Virus record (IMG/VR): IMGVR_UViG_3300024346_000006
Length of the DNA: 64,000 bases
Strand: one strand, 5' to 3'
Origin: a virus
Lineage: Duplodnaviria > Caudoviricetes
Below the pieces are notes generated by a model. That model was not told the DNA's origin. It ran no database searches and saw nothing but the letters and a program-made list of their open reading frames with translations. Positions 11,201 to 19,329 of the stretch are shown here, in pieces. Each line of letters begins with the position of its first letter. The first letter of the stretch is position 1. Made by a program: the position numbers and the translations under genes.

Positions 11201-14042
11201 CAGTACTATTATTTGATAAATCTAAACCACCAACACTAGATGCGAGTGCAATCGTTAAAGTATTTGCAACATCATCGTAAACAATAGAGATATCTTCTCC
11301 TGCTTGAATTAATGCTGCAACTCTATCGTCTACTCTTTCTTCTGTGAAATAGAGATTAGTCGAACCTTCACTGACATCATCTGTAGATGTTGGAAGTTCA
11401 CTATTGTTTGCAAGTTCTACCCAATTTCCTGCATGAGCGTAATATGCCTTTCCAGTACCATGGACATGAGCAAACATGCCATGATAAGAAGAGGCATTTG
11501 GTAAGTCTCCTAATGCAGAGTAAACATTAGAGAATAGAATTTTATTTGAACCAAGGTCTAAATCTTGTCCCTCGACATGAGAACGAACCCTTGCATCTGT
11601 ATAATATAGATTTGTACCTTCGGTTAAATCGGTTGTTGTTTTGACTGCAAATGCAAAGTCAAAATCTGCCTGACTGAACGGAGCTTGTGGAACCCACGAT
11701 GTCCCATTCCATACAAGTGCATCACCAGAAGTGGGAGAACTTGCATTTACATCTGTCAAGTCATTAAGTACTAAATTATCAATTTGACTTTGTAGATTTA
11801 AGTCTGCCTGTTCTCTATCATAAATCTCATCGTCTAAATCAGACGAAACGGATTCAATCTGTGATGCAACAGAAGCTGCGGTAGTGTAACCATTATTAGT
11901 AAGATATGTTGCAACTCTAACATCAGTGTAATATAGATTTGTACCTTCAGTTAAATCTGTTGTAGTCTTGGTTGCAAAATTTGTATCTACTCTCGCATCA
12001 GTATAATAAAGATTAGTACCTTCTGCAACATCAGTTGTTGATTTAGTAGTAAGTCTTGCATCAAATCTAGCATCAGTATAATAAAGATTAGTAGTACCCT
12101 CATTAATATCGTCAGTAGTTTTTGTTGCAATATTTGTATCTACTCTCGCATCAGTATAATATAGATTTATACCTTCTGCAACATCAGTTGTTGTTTTTGT
12201 TGCAATATTTGCATCAACTCTGGCGTCTGTATAATATAGATTTGTACCTTCTGCAACATCAGTTGTTGATTTAGTAGTAAGCCTTGTATCAAATCTAGCA
12301 TCAGTATAATAAAGATTAGTACCTTCTGCAACATCAGTTGTTGATTTAGTAGCAATATTTGCATCAACTCTGGCGTCTGTATAATAAAGATTAGCACCTT
12401 CTGCAACATCAGTTGTTGATTTAGTAGCAAGTCTTGTATCAAATCTAGCATCAGTGTAATAAAGGTTTATAGAACCTTCAGTGATATCATCGGTTGTTCT
12501 ATTTGCAAGGAATGTATTTACAGTTCCTTCGATAATATCATCTGTATCAAACTCTGTGAAATTTATAGAAATATCTAATAGATTGCCAGCATCGTCATAA
12601 TTTTTGGTAATTCCAACACCATCTTGAATAAGAGCAGCAACTCTATCATCCACACGCTCATCTGTGAAAAATAAATTAGTGGAACCTTCATTGATAGTAT
12701 CGCTATCGCCCTGAGTGAAACTGAAAACGCCAGTAGCACTATCGTAGTTTATACTACCAGTGGCACTTACCGCATTTCTAACTCTCGTATCTGTATAGTA
12801 TAAATTAGTCGTACCTTCTGATATGTCATCAGTAGTTCTTGATGCTAAAAATGTATTAACAGAACCTTCAACAATATCATCAGTATCAAACTCAGCAAAA
12901 TTAATTGCAATATCTAAAAGATTTCCAGCATCATCATAGTTTTTGACAATACCAACACCATCTTGAATAAGAGCAGCAACTCTATCATCCACACGCTCAT
13001 CTGTGAAATAGAGATTTGTTCCTTCAGATAAGTCAGTCGTAGATTTTGTTCCTAACCAATTGTCAGCAGTCGTATTGAAATCGGAAATTGCAAGTTTAGT
13101 TGCAATTGAATTTGCAATAGATGTTGCAAAGTTAGGATCATCTCCAAGTGCAGCTGCAAGTTCGTTAAGAGTATCAAGTGTTGTTGGAGAGGAGTCAATC
13201 AAAGCAGCAATAGATGCATCAATATCACTTTGTGTTACTGCACCGAAAGTAGCAAGTCTTGCATCTGCCCTTGCATCAGTATAGTATAGATTTGTACCTT
13301 CAGAAAGTTCTGTTGTTGTTTTTTGACTTAAATCTAAATTTGTACCTGTTTGAAGTGCAATTCTTGCATCCGCTCTTGCGTCTGTAAAATAAAGATTTAC
13401 AGTTCCTTCGTTTATATCGTCTGTTGTTCTATTTGATAAGAAAGTATTAACAGTACCTTCGACAATATCATCAGTATCGAATTCTGAAAAGTCAATTGCA
13501 ATGTTTAGAAGATTTCCAGCATCATCATAATTTTTCTGAATACCTACGCCATCGACAATAAGAGCAGCAACTCTATCGTCTACTCTTTCGTCTGTGAAAT
13601 AAAGATTTGTTCCTTCTGGAATATCAGAAGTTGATCTATTTGCAAGGAATGTGTTAACTGAACCTTCAATGATATCATCGGTATCAAATTCACTGAAGTT
13701 TATTTCGATGTTTAGAAGATTTCCAGCATCATCATAATTTTTCAGAATACCTACGCCATCGACAATAAGAGCAGCAACTCTATCATCCACACGCTCATCT
13801 GTGAAATAGAGATTGGTTGTGCCCTCTGGAATATCGTCAGTATTTGGTTTGTTTAGTAAATCTGCCCAACTTCCTGATGCGGCAATCGCTGCAAGACCAA
13901 GGTTGGTTCTAGCATCTGCAGCATTAGTTGCACCAGTTCCACCGTGATCCAGACCTACCGTTTCATTTGTTCGAAATTCACTTAAACCTGTTGTATCACC
14001 AGAACCATCTACGACTACTCTTATGGGGATAGCGTTAGTCAT
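5247..14042 (-). CDS. Giant repeat-rich tail fibre protein (2931 aa)
   Basis: About 44 copies of (T/D)D(L/V/I)xEG(S/T)xNLY(Y/F)TDAR counted by eye. Two TLDTLNELAAALGDDPNF fibre motifs, six APxxPxxGDLWF..YxYYNDGxSxQW modules and LDDLxDVD repeats. C-terminal YTASAGD.LFVD.SSSAVTVTLP..P.QGDEI domain common at marine phage fibre ends. Confidence 0.85.
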   Translation of the reverse strand: MTNAIPIRVVVDGSGDTTGLSEFRTNETVGLDHGGTGATNAADARTNLGLAAIAASGSWADLLNKPNTDDIPEGTTNLYFTDERVDDRVAALIVDGVGILKNYDDAGNLLNIEINFSEFDTDDIIEGSVNTFLANRSTSDIPEGTNLYFTDERVDDRVAALIVDGVGIQKNYDDAGNLLNIAIDFSEFDTDDIVEGTVNTFLSNRTTDDINEGTVNLYFTDARADARIALQTGTNLDLSQKTTTELSEGTNLYYTDARADARLATFGAVTQSDIDASIAALIDSSPTTLDTLNELAAALGDDPNFATSIANSIATKLAISDFNTTADNWLGTKSTTDLSEGTNLYFTDERVDDRVAALIQDGVGIVKNYDDAGNLLDIAINFAEFDTDDIVEGSVNTFLASRTTDDISEGTTNLYYTDTRVRNAVSATGSINYDSATGVFSFTQGDSDTINEGSTNLFFTDERVDDRVAALIQDGVGITKNYDDAGNLLDISINFTEFDTDDIIEGTVNTFLANRTTDDITEGSINLYYTDARFDTRLATKSTTDVAEGANLYYTDARVDANIATKSTTDVAEGTNLYYTDARFDTRLTTKSTTDVAEGTNLYYTDARVDANIATKTTTDVAEGINLYYTDARVDTNIATKTTDDINEGTTNLYYTDARFDARLTTKSTTDVAEGTNLYYTDARVDTNFATKTTTDLTEGTNLYYTDVRVATYLTNNGYTTAASVASQIESVSSDLDDEIYDREQADLNLQSQIDNLVLNDLTDVNASSPTSGDALVWNGTSWVPQAPFSQADFDFAFAVKTTTDLTEGTNLYYTDARVRSHVEGQDLDLGSNKILFSNVYSALGDLPNASSYHGMFAHVHGTGKAYYAHAGNWVELANNSELPTSTDDVSEGSTNLYFTEERVDDRVAALIQAGEDISIVYDDVANTLTIALASSVGGLDLSNNSTDDLSEGSTNLYYTNTRVDANFATKTTTDLTEGTNLYYTDARFDARLATKSTTDVAEGTNLYYTDARVDANIATKTTDDINEGTTNLYYTDTRVNTFLGSGNAGNIITTGYIAGPASLTIDPAGVGDNTGTVIIAGNLQVDGTTTTINSTTVEVDDLNIVLGSGSVNAAAANGGGITIDLGSDGSATFTYNSTTDQFVSNKDITANITGQVSDISNHTTTDLAEGINLYYTQVRFDTAFGAKTTTDLTEGTNLYYTDARFDARIATKTTDNLIEGLVNLYYTDARVDANFATKTTTDLTEGTNLYYTQTRFDTAFAAKDTDALTEGSTNLYYTDARVNTWTTANLANVAFSGSYADLSNTPTDLSDFTDTTGLLNVAAITVGDVAPSNPNDGDLWFDSTELKTFIYYNDGTSSQWVESAGDGGASVQSSSTAPSSPSDGDLWFNDNNLKLYIYYNDGSSAQWVEASGGIAQDTDVIPEGNNNLYYTDTRFDTRFATKDTDDLVEGSTNLYYTDAKVDTRFATKDTDDLVEGSTNLYYTDAKVDANIATKTTDDINEGTNLYYTDARFDTRLATKSTTDVAEGTNLYYTDARVDARIATSALGSTDDLPEGSTNLYYTDARVQTKLGDVSGHIIPDTNVTYDLGSNTNRFRDIYLSGSSINLGTLQLSDNNGSLEITASGSTEVFATETYVDTAVANLVDSSPTTLDTLNELAAALGDDPNFSTTITNLIGTKLTTADFNTTADSWLTGKTTTDLTEGTNLYYTDARVDARITLQTGANLSLANKTTDDLAEGSTNLYYTDARVETYLESNATADRIQLRTNNAYFGVGTASGSAGMAIKNNSGQPFFYGQKYLPANNGQTDLELEANTGGKINVNAFRIYNVGTPTDPSDAANKSYVDSAIATKDQLSELSGTTDDITEGSTNLYYTDARFDTRLATKSTTDLTEGTNLYYTDARVDARITSSNPYSSADFDTDFSGKTTTDLTEGTNLYYTDARVRSHVEGQDLDLGTNKVLFSNVYNQLSDLPSASSYHGMFAHVHGTGKAYYAHAGNWIELGNNSDIPTRTDSLAEGSTNLYYTDARVGSYLTTNNYATQTYVDNAILTKDTIAEMGDVDLTTAPTDGQGLVWDNANSKWVAGDSFSQSDFDTAFTAKDTDDLSEGSTNLYYTDARVASYLSGTGYATTSYVTSQIAAVFSDLDDEVYDRERADINLQSQIDSLTTNVGALVLDDLGDVDTTTNAPTNGQTLIYNGTSFVPGTISGYTTADFNTDFATKTTTDLTEGTNLYYTDARADARVAAANIGILNDVNTVGISAGDFLLYDGSEFLPVDFATEVNTYADGRIGVASIQDLSDVDGVDTVASGDILLYDASNNHFGFINFGSEVNSYFDTRFATKSTTDLAEGTNLYYTDSRFDTRFTTKTADNLTEGSTNLYYTDARVQSYLTAQGIAAETLTSLAIAGNVLTYTDEDGNTTNIDLSLYLDDTNLARLVSGSLNGTTGIATFTRDDATTFTIDFSPLFDDTNLSRINSATFANGTLTLTRDDASTAATVSLDGRYLQDLSGLTTDNLTEGSTNLYYTQARFDSAFTAKSTTDLAEGTNLYYTDARVDARIATSNIVSSSSIDDLSDVDTTTTAPTDGQSLVWDNTNSKWVPGASAGSSIDVSDIAPSSPNDGDLWFDTDELKTYVYYNDGTSSQWVEAAGNVASNVHLSDAAPSTQSEGDLWFNSSNLRLYVYYNDGTSSQWIEASGSVNSSSVASLDDLTDVDLTTTSPTDGQALIWDSVNSAWKPGDVASGGGGGASVSVSDTAPSSPSVGDLWFNSANTKMYVYFNDGTSSQWIQSNPSGASSPIISSDTAPTNPVVNSFWFDSSDGSLYFRYDDGSSEQWVNLIGASLQWQEQSADYTASAGDKLFVDCSSSAVTVTLPSSPTQGDEIRIIDATGNASINNITINRNGSNIQGAADNLIINTDRAAFGLVYYNATQGWLLMER
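5378..5385 (-). promoter_or_regulatory. Possible internal late promoter TATAAATA
   Basis: Exact motif inside the 3' end of the 2931-aa gene, 135 nt upstream of the ATG at 5243; could be chance in AT-rich DNA. Confidence 0.35.
6380..13830 (-). repeat. In-frame degenerate tandem/interspersed repeats (~66-69 bp unit)
   Basis: Recurrent + strand core gcatc(t/a)gt(a/g)ta(a/g)taaagattagtaccttc; densest array at about 11930-12500. Confidence 0.9.
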
Positions 14043-14068
14043 TAAATTCCTCTTTTCTTACTATTTAG

Positions 14069-14096
14069 GGTCGGCCATACTCAGTATGACCGAACC
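14069..14096 (-). terminator. Stem-loop downstream of the 1298-aa gene; possible terminator or processing hairpin
   Basis: Minus strand CGGTCATAC-TGA-GTATGGCCG (9-bp stem with one G-U pair, extendable by GGT/ACC). No clear U-tract. Followed by CCTAAATA, a late-promoter-like variant at 14062-14069. Confidence 0.4.
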
Positions 14097-14108
14097 TTAA
14101 ACTTTCAA

Positions 14109-17100
14109 TTAAGAGGTAAGTAGAGTTGTATCTGCATCGGTATTTTCGACACCATTTCCAGCAACTAGCATTAGTAATCTCATACCATTACCGTAATTTT
14201 CGGATGACATTAATCCTCTATACAATCTTCTCTTATCTGTCGTTCCAGTGGTACTAAATCTATCACTACTGATAAGAGTGTCTTGTCCCACCGCACCAGC
14301 AGCACAGAAAGAAATTAAGTCGAGTTCTTTTCCTGTGTATAGGAAGCGTTGTGACCCAAGTCTGTTAGGGAATTGGATAACCAACTGTCCTTTATCATTA
14401 AGAGACAATTGTTCTAGTGGGTTAATGACGGCATGAGAATCTGTTTCATTAATACCGGCAAAAACATGTCTATCCCATGGTTTCAAAATATCTTTTTCAC
14501 GAACAACAAAGCGTCTAAATCTTGACTGGGTATCCATGGCTAGTGCGAGCAACTCTTGGTTTTGCATTTCATCAATTGTGAAATTATACAAGTAATTACC
14601 AGCGACATCATATATACCAGTGTATGCAATGGACTCTTCCCTCTGTGTTGTCTTAGAAGTAAAGTACGGAACTAAATCAGAGAATAAAGTTGGCGGCTCA
14701 GAAGTTGCATAAACACAGTGGATTGGTTGATGTTCTGACGAATAATCGGAGACACCAGTAATCGAGTCAACATGTCTTTGAACAACAAACCATGCATGAT
14801 CGTCCGCTTGGTCTGCTGATGCTTGGTCTCTAATCATCATTGCAACACCGTGGTCTGCAAATGTTGCAGTAAATGACATTGGATATGATACAGCAACATC
14901 TGGATGCGATTTTCCAGTTCTTCTAAACCATCCTTTTTGAAGTCTCAGAGAACCAGAATTATATGGAGTATCATATGTCAGTTCTGTAGAAGAACCTACC
15001 AAGAATTTTTCTTCATATCTGTATTCATTGTCATTTAATATTCCATCTGTAACGGTTTGAGTATTATTTTTTACAATACTATATCCAGAAGGGTCTGCAA
15101 AGGCTCCATACAAGCCTGTAATTAATGTACCAGTAATATCATAATGTTTTTGACCAACCAAACCAGCAGTTGGATTGAAATTAGTAATAACAGAATTTCT
15201 TAATTGTTCTCTGTTAGCATAAGGACTAATTAAGTGAGATGCACTTTCTAGATATCCAGTAAACTGTGGACGCATCGCACCCAAGAAGCCAGGTTCTCGC
15301 ATCTTAGCTTCTTTAACACCATCTCTTCCTTCAATTTGAGAAACATCTCCATCTGATTTTAACTGGAATTCAGTCGCAACGTGACACTTAAAATACTCAA
15401 AACTATTTGAAGCATCAACGTCTCCTCTTACTTGAAGAACTGCATCGTTAATATATGGTGAAGTTTCTCTAACTTCATAACCCCTAGAAATATCAAAACG
15501 AATTCTCCATGGTTGGTCTCCATTATTTCCAGATAAAGAACTTGCGCCTTTTGTCTGTAAAACAATCGGACCCATAGAGTGGTCTGTAATGTACTCAAAA
15601 CTATCAATTTCTATTTCATGAGTATATGAATCGAATTCTCTGAAACTTGCACTAGACAAAGAAAGGCCAGGATGAGTACTATTTGGGTGTCTAGTTCTTT
15701 GATCTAAATCAAAAGAAATTTGTGGCCCAACTGGTCTACCACCATCTTCATGTAAAATGTTTTGTTGATATGAAACAAAATATGAAGTTTCATTTGTTCC
15801 ATCAGCACCTAACTTAACTTTCCAATTTCCATTTGATGGGTTTGCAAAAGTACCAAAGTCTCTTGCAAGTGGAAATTGTAATCTAACCTTCGATACATCA
15901 GAGATTTGTGGTGATTGTGTTTGAGAAAGTTCAATCTCCAATGGATCACCATCAAGATCCAAATCTCCACTAGGAGTTCTACCAGTATCTGTTGCAGTTA
16001 AAAGTGTTGCAAGAGTATATGTACCAGAAACTGTAAATGCGGTCGGAAGTGCAGTAACATCTGCAACAGTGACACCATTGACAGGATAATCAGTCACCGT
16101 GACTTCTCCAATTGTCGTACTGGCAAAATGTGTAGAATCAGCAGATGCAAGTCCTGCAGTTCTACCCTTTCCACCGAACCCAAAATATGCAGATGAATTT
16201 TTATTATATTCTAATATAATTGAAGAACCAGAAGATTTTACTGTCATATAGGTATTAATATAACCTATTGCTCGCAATTTACTTACAATCTGAGATGTCA
16301 TTTGTGCAGAGTTTAGATTTTCCAATGCCTTAAACTCAAGAACAATATCATTCAGAGTTGCATTCGCAGTATCGTATACTCCTGCAGCAACTTGTGTCTC
16401 ATCAACCAATCCAGAAATTGTAACTACAGTGGTATCTCCAATATTACATCCATCAAATCCTCTTATTTGTACTTGATGGTAGTATCCATTAGGAAAAACA
16501 GGTTCTGATGCAAGTGTATTTGTTCCATCTGTAATAGTAGAATTTGCCGTTGTAACGGGAACTGTATATTGAGTTAAAGTATTTGAAAGTACAGTCTGAG
16601 GACGTTCTGTTCTTTCCATAGACACAGTAAGATAAAAACCGACTTCTCTAGATTCAAATTCAATTACACCTTCTCTATTGTCCTGATTAATTGCCGCAAG
16701 GATGGGCCCACCCTTCGGATCGCAAAGTGCAGTTTTTACTAATGTATCGTAAACATCTTGCGTAAATCCGGCAATACTGTTATCCAAACCAACAGAAACA
16801 TTAATTTCGTATTCTATAGTCGAATTTGGTGCAAGGTTTGTAACCGCAAAAGTAAGCTTATAACTATCACCTCTTTGTAGATTATTACCATCAAATGCAG
16901 CAAGGTATCCTAAAATCAATTCTCCACGATATCTTCTTGGTTCTAGTGTTCCTGCAGGGAAGAAAAATTCATCTCTGTAGTTAGAAATCCAGAAGTGGTG
17001 GAAAACATCACCTTGTGCAGTTATCTCTTCTCTGTATTGACGAAGTTTTGCTTGTGTATTAATTCCAGATTCAATGTCTGGTAAAAATCTAACATCTCTC

Positions 17101-18005
17101 GCTGTATTTGTTAAACATCTTTTAATTTTATTATATTCGTTTTGATAAACTGTCCTAGAAATATTTGGAAGTCCGACATATCCTTGTTGCTCTTCCATCT
17201 GAATTTTCACAGGGGCTGGAGATTCTTTATAAAAATGGCCATTCAACAGAGTTGCAGGTCTTGGATCACCAGCACCAAATATCAAATCTTGTCCACTTAC
17301 ACTAATAATTGGGTCTGAAAGCGTAACAACATTAATATTAATTGCGGTAATTGTTGGATAAGGTGCAGAAAGTGCAACACCATTATTTGATCTCAATTCC
17401 ATACCAACAGACAATTGAGCTGCATTATAGGTAGTTACAGTCGTTGAACCCCCTACGTCACTATCAGCATCAATAGTAACTGTGGTTGCCCAAGAACTAT
17501 TTACGCCCCCACCCCTTCTATTTGGATGTGGGTTTAAATATGCAAACAATTCTACATTTGGGCCCAATATTTTATCTGCAGTGAGTCCCGCCTCGGTGAC
17601 GGCCGTGGATGAAGGAAAGGTTTCTGATATTACATCGTGCCAATCTTCGTTGTCATAAATATCATCAATTTCTTTTCTTCTTGCGACCGTCTCCTCGCCG
17701 TCTAAATAAAATGGCGTGAATGATTGTCCGGCAGTTGGAGCGGTAGGATTATCAACCCCGTATGCCCCTTCTGTTGACGATGTTGCACCAGAATCATAAT
17801 TCCATACGATAAATTCATCAATATATTTTGTCAATTCTGCATCTCTGATTGAGATTTTTGTAATTTGTGGCCCGACATCATCAAATCCATTTTCTAAGAA
17901 CTGTTCTGTTACTTGTTGTATAAGTGGAACAAAATCATCACGCTTTGGATCTCTGTAGTATCCGTCCATGTGAATAATTTCATTTTTTTGGATAGACTTA
18001 GACAT
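14109..18005 (-). CDS. Putative virion structural protein, paralogue P1 of the four-member 'SIQRN...GNGMR' family
   Basis: 1298 aa. N-terminal SIQKN; C-terminal blocks GRDG..REPG, DQASADQADDHAWFVVQRHV, PIHCVY, FVVREKDILKPWD, AVINPLEQL and YGNGMRLL are shared with three other ORFs in the window. Confidence 0.75.
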   Translation of the reverse strand: MSKSIQKNEIIHMDGYYRDPKRDDFVPLIQQVTEQFLENGFDDVGPQITKISIRDAELTKYIDEFIVWNYDSGATSSTEGAYGVDNPTAPTAGQSFTPFYLDGEETVARRKEIDDIYDNEDWHDVISETFPSSTAVTEAGLTADKILGPNVELFAYLNPHPNRRGGGVNSSWATTVTIDADSDVGGSTTVTTYNAAQLSVGMELRSNNGVALSAPYPTITAININVVTLSDPIISVSGQDLIFGAGDPRPATLLNGHFYKESPAPVKIQMEEQQGYVGLPNISRTVYQNEYNKIKRCLTNTARDVRFLPDIESGINTQAKLRQYREEITAQGDVFHHFWISNYRDEFFFPAGTLEPRRYRGELILGYLAAFDGNNLQRGDSYKLTFAVTNLAPNSTIEYEINVSVGLDNSIAGFTQDVYDTLVKTALCDPKGGPILAAINQDNREGVIEFESREVGFYLTVSMERTERPQTVLSNTLTQYTVPVTTANSTITDGTNTLASEPVFPNGYYHQVQIRGFDGCNIGDTTVVTISGLVDETQVAAGVYDTANATLNDIVLEFKALENLNSAQMTSQIVSKLRAIGYINTYMTVKSSGSSIILEYNKNSSAYFGFGGKGRTAGLASADSTHFASTTIGEVTVTDYPVNGVTVADVTALPTAFTVSGTYTLATLLTATDTGRTPSGDLDLDGDPLEIELSQTQSPQISDVSKVRLQFPLARDFGTFANPSNGNWKVKLGADGTNETSYFVSYQQNILHEDGGRPVGPQISFDLDQRTRHPNSTHPGLSLSSASFREFDSYTHEIEIDSFEYITDHSMGPIVLQTKGASSLSGNNGDQPWRIRFDISRGYEVRETSPYINDAVLQVRGDVDASNSFEYFKCHVATEFQLKSDGDVSQIEGRDGVKEAKMREPGFLGAMRPQFTGYLESASHLISPYANREQLRNSVITNFNPTAGLVGQKHYDITGTLITGLYGAFADPSGYSIVKNNTQTVTDGILNDNEYRYEEKFLVGSSTELTYDTPYNSGSLRLQKGWFRRTGKSHPDVAVSYPMSFTATFADHGVAMMIRDQASADQADDHAWFVVQRHVDSITGVSDYSSEHQPIHCVYATSEPPTLFSDLVPYFTSKTTQREESIAYTGIYDVAGNYLYNFTIDEMQNQELLALAMDTQSRFRRFVVREKDILKPWDRHVFAGINETDSHAVINPLEQLSLNDKGQLVIQFPNRLGSQRFLYTGKELDLISFCAAGAVGQDTLISSDRFSTTGTTDKRRLYRGLMSSENYGNGMRLLMLVAGNGVENTDADTTLLTS

Positions 18006-18050
18006 TAATAAACTCCTATTATTTTAAATTGCAATTATTTATTTTCTTAT

Positions 18051-18058
18051 TATTTATA
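18051..18058 (-). promoter_or_regulatory. T4-type late promoter TATAAATA
   Basis: Exact motif in the intergenic gap upstream of the ATG at 18005; an AATAAATA variant lies at 18036-18043; SD AGGAG is present. Confidence 0.8.
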
Positions 18059-18067
18059 AAAAAGAAT

Positions 18068-19000
18068 TTATACACCGTTGACGACCAAATCTATGTCATC
18101 TTGAGTGCCGTTTGCTGTAAAAAATTCAACTACACCATTTATTATTTGATTACCATGGAAAGTTGTGGTTAATGGAATATCATCCCTACTACCGTCTTTC
18201 ATAGTAAACTTAATAAATCCACCAACTCCAAAATCACTAGTTGGTTCATATTTTCCGCTAGTGGTATCATAAACAATACCTATTTTTCCAGAACCAGATA
18301 CCTGTGCTGCAGTGTGTCCTTCGTATGCAAAATTTGCAAGGTCGTTAGTAACACCTGTTAGTTGTGATATAATAGATGATTCTACACCAGTTGCTCTATT
18401 AATTTCATTTTGTAATGCAGTGTCCAGTAAGACATCGGCATTATTTAGACTCGTTGCACCAGAAATAAAATTGGTGTTTGCATTTGGAGTATAAGTGCCA
18501 TCTACATTTAGTCCAGAACCACCTATAATTGCGTTTATTTGGTTTCTAAGTGGTGTAAAATCTACCGTCACTGATGTAGTACTTGTATCTGGGTTGTATA
18601 TTATAATAATATCTCCGCCAAACTCAATTCCACCAGTAATATTATCTTGAACTAAAAGTGCCTGTCCTACTTCAAACCAAGATTCTCCTGTACCATAAAA
18701 CAATCTTCCAGAAGTACTATCCATTGCTATTCTACCAGCATCTGGAACTTCCTGTTGAATTGCAATTATAGAAGAATAGGTTTCATATCTTGCGAGTTCA
18801 AAATTATCTCGCATTTGTTGTCTGATTGCATCAAGTAATTCTTCATCTGTTGCTGTTACAGGAAGACTATTACTTTCTCTACTTCCCCCAGCGCCGGTGC
18901 CACCATCTAGAACCCCAATATAATCGGATTCTAAAAATTCCCCAAGAACAACGTCCCCAGACTGTTGTACGAGCGCCTTAATAGGATATGCGATTGCCAA
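18068..19000 (-). CDS. Fibre-like structural protein (310 aa, TTG start)
   Basis: N-terminus (PIKALV..SGD..LGEF....IGVLDGGTGA) parallels the 2931-aa fibre N-terminus. The internal GLNVDGTY...ATSL...LLDTAL segment parallels the 399-aa whisker-like protein. GGAG SD upstream of TTG. Confidence 0.7.
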   Translation of the reverse strand: MAIAYPIKALVQQSGDVVLGEFLESDYIGVLDGGTGAGGSRESNSLPVTATDEELLDAIRQQMRDNFELARYETYSSIIAIQQEVPDAGRIAMDSTSGRLFYGTGESWFEVGQALLVQDNITGGIEFGGDIIIIYNPDTSTTSVTVDFTPLRNQINAIIGGSGLNVDGTYTPNANTNFISGATSLNNADVLLDTALQNEINRATGVESSIISQLTGVTNDLANFAYEGHTAAQVSGSGKIGIVYDTTSGKYEPTSDFGVGGFIKFTMKDGSRDDIPLTTTFHGNQIINGVVEFFTANGTQDDIDLVVNGV

Positions 19001-19030
19001 TGAAAAAACTCCGTCTTATCTTTTATACAT

Positions 19031-19038
19031 TATTTATA
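19031..19038 (-). promoter_or_regulatory. T4-type late promoter TATAAATA
   Basis: Exact motif directly after the PAAR stop, about 30 nt upstream of the TTG at 19000. Confidence 0.8.
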
Positions 19039-19329
19039 TCATCCACCAGCAAAAACATTTCCACTACCAACGGCAACGGAAGAACCACATGCAACTGGAT
19101 CGCCTATTCTTCCGACCTGCATCCCATTTGCAAACACCGTACTAGAACCAGATGAAAGAACTGAACCATGGCATGTGGGTGGTGGACAACAATGAGTCGC
19201 CCAACCATCATTTTGTCGATGAACTGGAATACTATTTACAAACACATTACCACTTCCTTGAACACTTGCTCTTGGTGGAAAACAACCATGTCCTGTACAG
19301 GTATCGCCTTTTCTAGTTACAGCTGGCAT
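19039..19329 (-). CDS. gp5.4: PAAR-repeat baseplate spike tip protein (T4 gp5.4-like)
   Basis: 96 aa: MPAVTRKGDTCTGHGCFPP...GSGNVFVN...VHRQND.W..HC...HGSVL..GSSTVFANG..VGRIGDPVACGS.V..GSGNVFAGG, the canonical phage PAAR pattern with metal-binding His/Cys. Confidence 0.95.
   Translation of the reverse strand: MPAVTRKGDTCTGHGCFPPRASVQGSGNVFVNSIPVHRQNDGWATHCCPPPTCHGSVLSSGSSTVFANGMQVGRIGDPVACGSSVAVGSGNVFAGG

Noticed and set aside
11930-12500. ~66-bp periodic repeats with a conserved ~30-bp core, superficially like a CRISPR repeat-spacer array
   Set aside because: The units are in frame within the 2931-aa ORF, vary mostly at synonymous positions, have 'spacers' similar to each other, and no cas genes are present.
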